Source: a virus (lineage: Duplodnaviria > Caudoviricetes). Taken from it: a DNA stretch of 39,115 nt. Location: IMG/VR virus record IMGVR_UViG_3300017655_000254, positions 1 to 39,115 of that record. One strand, given 5' to 3'. Position numbers and translations under genes: made by a program. Shown piece after piece: positions 35,358 through 39,115 of this stretch; positions within the stretch are counted from its first letter, which is position 1, and each line of letters opens with the position of its first letter. The notes below the pieces were generated by a model. That model had not been told where the DNA came from and searched no databases. It saw only the letters and a program-made list of their open reading frames with translations.

Positions 35358-37360
35358 GCAAATTTAAGGCAGTCATCGGCATCAGCGCAGAGCTTGGCGC
35401 TTCCGTCAAAGAGGCGTTCAAGGCTACGTCGAAAGAAGCAAAGCGGCTCGGCGTAGAGATCGCCCGAGCCGAGAAGAATCTTTCCTTGGCGGGCGCTCTT
35501 CGGTCGCAGGAAGCTACCGTCGCCAAGCTGTCGCGTGCTCACGGGGAAGCAATCAAGCGCCAGCGCCAGGCTTACGACATCGAGAAAAAGAAGGTCGCCC
35601 TTGCGCGGAAGTATCCTCACGAGAAGGAAGCCCAGAAGGAAGCCGCCGCCGCCACTAAAGAACGGCTACGGTTGACCAAGGCTCTTGAGCAGTCAGCCGC
35701 CGCCCTCAAGAAAGAGCGGGCCGAACTTGATCGGGTCAACAACGCCTTGAAGCAAGGCGGCATTAACACGAAGAATCTTTCGGAAGAGACCCGGCGTCTC
35801 TCTCAAGAGTCAGCAAAACAGGAGCGCCAGCTTGAGAGGACAAACCGAAAGACGGCTCAAATTGCCCGCATTGGCGAGGCTTACGGCAAAGTACGAAGCC
35901 GGGCGTTGATGGCGTCGGCGGCGATTGCGGCTGTTGGCACGGCGGCGTTGCTTGCTTCTCGTCGGGTGTTCTCTTTTGAGCGCGGCTATTCTGACCGGAT
36001 GGCTAACCTTTCGGTTGCTGCCGATGCGATGAACACGTCGCCGAAGATGCTGGCAGGAATGGAGATTGCAGCCGCAAGGTCCGGCATCAGCCTGGAACGG
36101 CTTCAAACACACATGGAGCGCCTTCGGGCCAGCATGAACGATGAAGGCGTGCTCAAAGGCAAGGGCAAGCTATTCGAGGCATTCAAAGACTTGGGCGTTG
36201 ATCCGCGCAAATACGCCAACATGCAAGCGCATGAAATCTTTCAGCGTTTGGCTTATGCCGTCCAGAATTACAAGGGCGGCAAGGGCAAGTTGCCGATTGA
36301 AGAAATCTTGCGGCGGCTCGGCGGCGAAGGCATGAGCAAGGTTGTCGGCGTGTTCAAAGAAGGTCAGTACGCGCTCGAAGGTTTCTCAAAAGAGGCGGAA
36401 GCTTTGGGCATTGTTCCCACGAAGGAGATGGCAGAGCGGGCGCTTGAGCTTGAGAAAGCTTTCCTTCATTTCGATCTGGCAAAGCGGGGCTTCTCAAACA
36501 AGATCGGCGATGCCATTGCGCCGGTCTTCATTAAGTACCTGAACGAATTCACCACCTGGGTAAAGGAGAACCCGAAACGCATTGAAGAGCTTGGCAAGTC
36601 GCTTGGCGAAGCACTGGAAACGGGCGTCGAATGGGTAAAGAAGCTCAAGAGAGAGTTTCGGTTGGTCCTTGATGCCATCGAGCCGGTAACGGGAAAGTTG
36701 ACAGATACAGAGATTGCGCTGACTGGAATCGGTGCGGTTACGCTCGGTCCTGTTATCGGCACTTTGGGGCTTCTGGCGGGATCAGCGGTCAAACTTGCCA
36801 ATGCGCTTGTTCGGGCGGAGGTTTCACTAGCTTCCATCGGTAGAATGACAGGCATTGCAGCTTTGGGGGGGATGATCTCAAGGCGACAAGACGTTATGGC
36901 GAGCGATCTTTACAAGGCAAATTTGAAAAACACACTTGAAGGAAAGCCGCGTTTTGGTGAAACCTCGCTTCCGACTCCATCGCAACAGGAAGACGCCGGA
37001 TTGACTCTCAAGAAAGTAGAAGAAATTGATCTTAAGAAGAAGGGATTCTTTGGAAGATTCTTTGATGGGGATTTCGGAAAAGACCTCTTGGATACGGTCA
37101 TCAACAAGATTGGCTCAACTGTCGGCGGAAGAGCTAAAGGCGCAGATTCTGACATGGGTCCGACGAGGCAGCTAGAAAGCATTGATAAGAAAATTTCGCT
37201 TATCAAGAAGCCGAACAACAACACGTTCAACAATACTTTTCACTTCACTATTCAGCCGCACCCTACTCAAGACCCAAGGTCGATAGCGGAAGCGGTAGTT
37301 GAGCAAACCAGGCTTCGCTTAATGAACCCAGCGCTCGCCGCTGGATCGCTCTCTGACTAA
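35354..37360 (+). CDS. Tail tape measure protein
   Basis: 668-aa helical Ala/Lys/Glu-rich protein with hydrophobic segments; canonical position. Confidence 0.88.
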   Translation: MSKFKAVIGISAELGASVKEAFKATSKEAKRLGVEIARAEKNLSLAGALRSQEATVAKLSRAHGEAIKRQRQAYDIEKKKVALARKYPHEKEAQKEAAAATKERLRLTKALEQSAAALKKERAELDRVNNALKQGGINTKNLSEETRRLSQESAKQERQLERTNRKTAQIARIGEAYGKVRSRALMASAAIAAVGTAALLASRRVFSFERGYSDRMANLSVAADAMNTSPKMLAGMEIAAARSGISLERLQTHMERLRASMNDEGVLKGKGKLFEAFKDLGVDPRKYANMQAHEIFQRLAYAVQNYKGGKGKLPIEEILRRLGGEGMSKVVGVFKEGQYALEGFSKEAEALGIVPTKEMAERALELEKAFLHFDLAKRGFSNKIGDAIAPVFIKYLNEFTTWVKENPKRIEELGKSLGEALETGVEWVKKLKREFRLVLDAIEPVTGKLTDTEIALTGIGAVTLGPVIGTLGLLAGSAVKLANALVRAEVSLASIGRMTGIAALGGMISRRQDVMASDLYKANLKNTLEGKPRFGETSLPTPSQQEDAGLTLKKVEEIDLKKKGFFGRFFDGDFGKDLLDTVINKIGSTVGGRAKGADSDMGPTRQLESIDKKISLIKKPNNNTFNNTFHFTIQPHPTQDPRSIAEAVVEQTRLRLMNPALAAGSLSD

Positions 37361-37365
37361 AGACT

Positions 37366-37806
37366 ATGCAAACCATGATGGCACTAGGACCGTTCCGGTT
37401 CGGCATTGATTCGATGGCATACGGCGAACTTGTGCGCTCCCGTGGCTGGGTCTGGGCGGAACAAGAGGTTGTCGGCAAAGCGCCGGTTCTTCAATTCACC
37501 GGCGAGAAAGCCGAGACGATTGAATTGAAGGGCACCATCTATTCAAGCATCAGCGTGCTAGGCAAGCCGCAACTCGAAGCTATGGCGCAACTGGCTGGCC
37601 GTGGCAAGCCGATGCTTATGGTATCGGGGCCGGGGCTGGTCTTTGGGTTTTACGTAATCGAGCACATCAGCCAAAACGAATTTCACTTCACCAGCCTCGG
37701 GAGCGCTCGGAAGGTTGAGTTTCATGTCTCTTTGAAAAGGTACACTGACACGGCGGGGGCCATCGCGATGATGAAGAGCGACCCCCAAAGCATCATAGGG
37801 TTTTGA
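37366..37806 (+). CDS. P2 gpU-like tail protein
   Basis: MMALGPFRF, LQFTG, IELKG, RKVEF.VSLKRY. Confidence 0.92.
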   Translation: MQTMMALGPFRFGIDSMAYGELVRSRGWVWAEQEVVGKAPVLQFTGEKAETIELKGTIYSSISVLGKPQLEAMAQLAGRGKPMLMVSGPGLVFGFYVIEHISQNEFHFTSLGSARKVEFHVSLKRYTDTAGAIAMMKSDPQSIIGF

Positions 37807-37808
37807 CG

Positions 37809-38030
37809 ATGAAGCAAGCGCAACAATACCAGACGAAAGAGGGCGAAGCCGTTGACGCCATCTGTTACCGCTACTACGGCCAGACCAGCAACGGCGAGGT
37901 TGAAGCCACGTACGAAGCCAACAGAGAGCTTGACCTTGCCTCCTACGGCCCGACGCTTCCTGCCGGGCTCGTCATCACGTTGCCGGTCGTCGAGCCCGCG
38001 CGAAAGGACGTTATACGACTTTTTTCATGA
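37809..38030 (+). CDS. P2 gpX-like tail protein (LysM-like)
   Basis: GEAVDAICYRYYG, EAN..L, LPAGLVITLP. Confidence 0.92.
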   Translation: MKQAQQYQTKEGEAVDAICYRYYGQTSNGEVEATYEANRELDLASYGPTLPAGLVITLPVVEPARKDVIRLFS

Positions 38031-39115
38031 TCCCGGTTTATCGCATCACGTCAAAAGGGGCCAACGTCACCGACCGTTACGCCGGTCGGCTGCTTTCGTT
38101 GTCGGTCACCGACCAGACGGACGGCAACAGCGATTCGTTGCAGATCGAGCTCGAAGATACCGGTTGGCAAACGGAGTTGCCGAAGCAGGGAGAGATTTTA
38201 GAAATCGAACTCTGGTATCAGGGGCAAAAGCCGGTCAGCGTCGGCTCTTACGTCGTCGACGAGATGAGTATCGAGGGCGACCCGGACCGGATCATTATCT
38301 CCGGCAAGGCGTGTCCGTTTGAGAACGCCGAACAACTCAAAGCGATGCAAGCCAGGAAGTCGCGGAGCTTTGACGCCGTGACCATCGGCGACCTGGTCAA
38401 GACGATTGCCGGAGAGAACGGCCTTGTGGCCGCCGTAGACCCGCAGCTTGCCGCAACGGAGATCGCCCATATCGACCAGACGCGGGAGAGCGACAACAAT
38501 CTCCTTTCCCGGCTGGCGCGTCAACACGGTGCGGTTTACAAGCCGGTCTCCGGTCGGCTGGTGTTCGCGCGCGCGGGCGCTACGGAGACCGTCACCGGCA
38601 AGCAGTTGCCCGACGTCACCATTTCCCGCGGCGAGGTCGCGCCGGGCTGGAAGTTCACGCTCTCCCGCCGGATGGAGTACGAAGCGGTTAAGGTGGCGCA
38701 TCACGACGTCGACTTCGGCGATACCGTCGAGATCGTCGCCGGAGAGGGCGACAAGATTCACTTCGTTCACGGCCTAGCCCAAAACGAGCCGGAAGCCAAG
38801 GCGCAAGCGGAAGCGACCTTGAAGGACATCCAAAGGGGATCGAAGACGTTTTCGATCCAATGCGCGGGCCGGTTTGACGTGACCGCTGAACAGCGGATTA
38901 CCCTTGCCGGGTTCCATCCCCGCGCGGATGGCGTTTGGCTCGCCAAGCGGATCACTCACACTTTCCGTAAGAGCGAGGGCTTGCGGACCGTGATCGAGGG
39001 CGAATCTCTGGATGGCTCGAAAAAAACACCGTCGACCAGCGGGAAGAAATCCGGGGGCGCGAACCTCGACTTCGGCGATACAGCGGTGCGCCAACCGGAT
39101 GGATACTGGCGATGA
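38027..39115 (+). CDS. P2 gpD-like baseplate hub (late control D family)
   Basis: RLLSLSVTD, DSLQIELED, HIDQTRESD.NLLSRLA, DGVW....ITH; extra low-complexity linker and terminal peptide. Confidence 0.93.
   Translation: MIPVYRITSKGANVTDRYAGRLLSLSVTDQTDGNSDSLQIELEDTGWQTELPKQGEILEIELWYQGQKPVSVGSYVVDEMSIEGDPDRIIISGKACPFENAEQLKAMQARKSRSFDAVTIGDLVKTIAGENGLVAAVDPQLAATEIAHIDQTRESDNNLLSRLARQHGAVYKPVSGRLVFARAGATETVTGKQLPDVTISRGEVAPGWKFTLSRRMEYEAVKVAHHDVDFGDTVEIVAGEGDKIHFVHGLAQNEPEAKAQAEATLKDIQRGSKTFSIQCAGRFDVTAEQRITLAGFHPRADGVWLAKRITHTFRKSEGLRTVIEGESLDGSKKTPSTSGKKSGGANLDFGDTAVRQPDGYWR

Larger units (their letters stand above)
1..39115 (+). mobile_element. Temperate phage/prophage with lambda-like packaging, HK97-type head and P2-like contractile tail
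   Basis: Contiguous integrase, replication/recombination, terminase, portal, capsid, baseplate, sheath/tube and tape-measure genes; no host housekeeping genes. Ends and att sites are not visible. Confidence 0.95.

Overview
The window is a near-complete temperate tailed phage or prophage, almost all on the + strand, running from the start codon of a tyrosine integrase to the stop codon of a P2 gpD-like baseplate hub gene. The early region (1-15.5 kb) holds the integrase, two minus-strand accessory genes, RHH/Bro-N/HTH regulators, a PD-(D/E)XK exonuclease, a Sak4-like ATPase, an SSB, RusA, a beta-clamp-like protein, SF2 and Pif1 helicases, and a primase-helicase. A Mor-like activator follows. 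The late region has lambda-type terminase and portal genes, an HK97-type protease-capsid fusion, an M15 endolysin and a P2-like contractile tail. A Verrucomicrobia-like host is a guess from the integrase style only. The most unusual observations are: (1) an exact 49-bp hairpin element present twice in inverted orientation 14.4 kb apart (1182-1230 and 15601-15649), each copy extended by a different flanking stem; (2) a 16-aa C-terminal peptide shared by an exported minus-strand protein and gpD, conserved at the protein level with synonymous codon changes, which could be a decoy or superinfection-exclusion system; (3) an apparently circularly permuted Fe-S PD-(D/E)XK nuclease; (4) a six-copy AAA-YNY-CGCAGAAG-N20/21-YANNNT promoter motif; (5) no recognisable CI-type repressor. 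All product calls come from motif recognition by eye; no searches were run.
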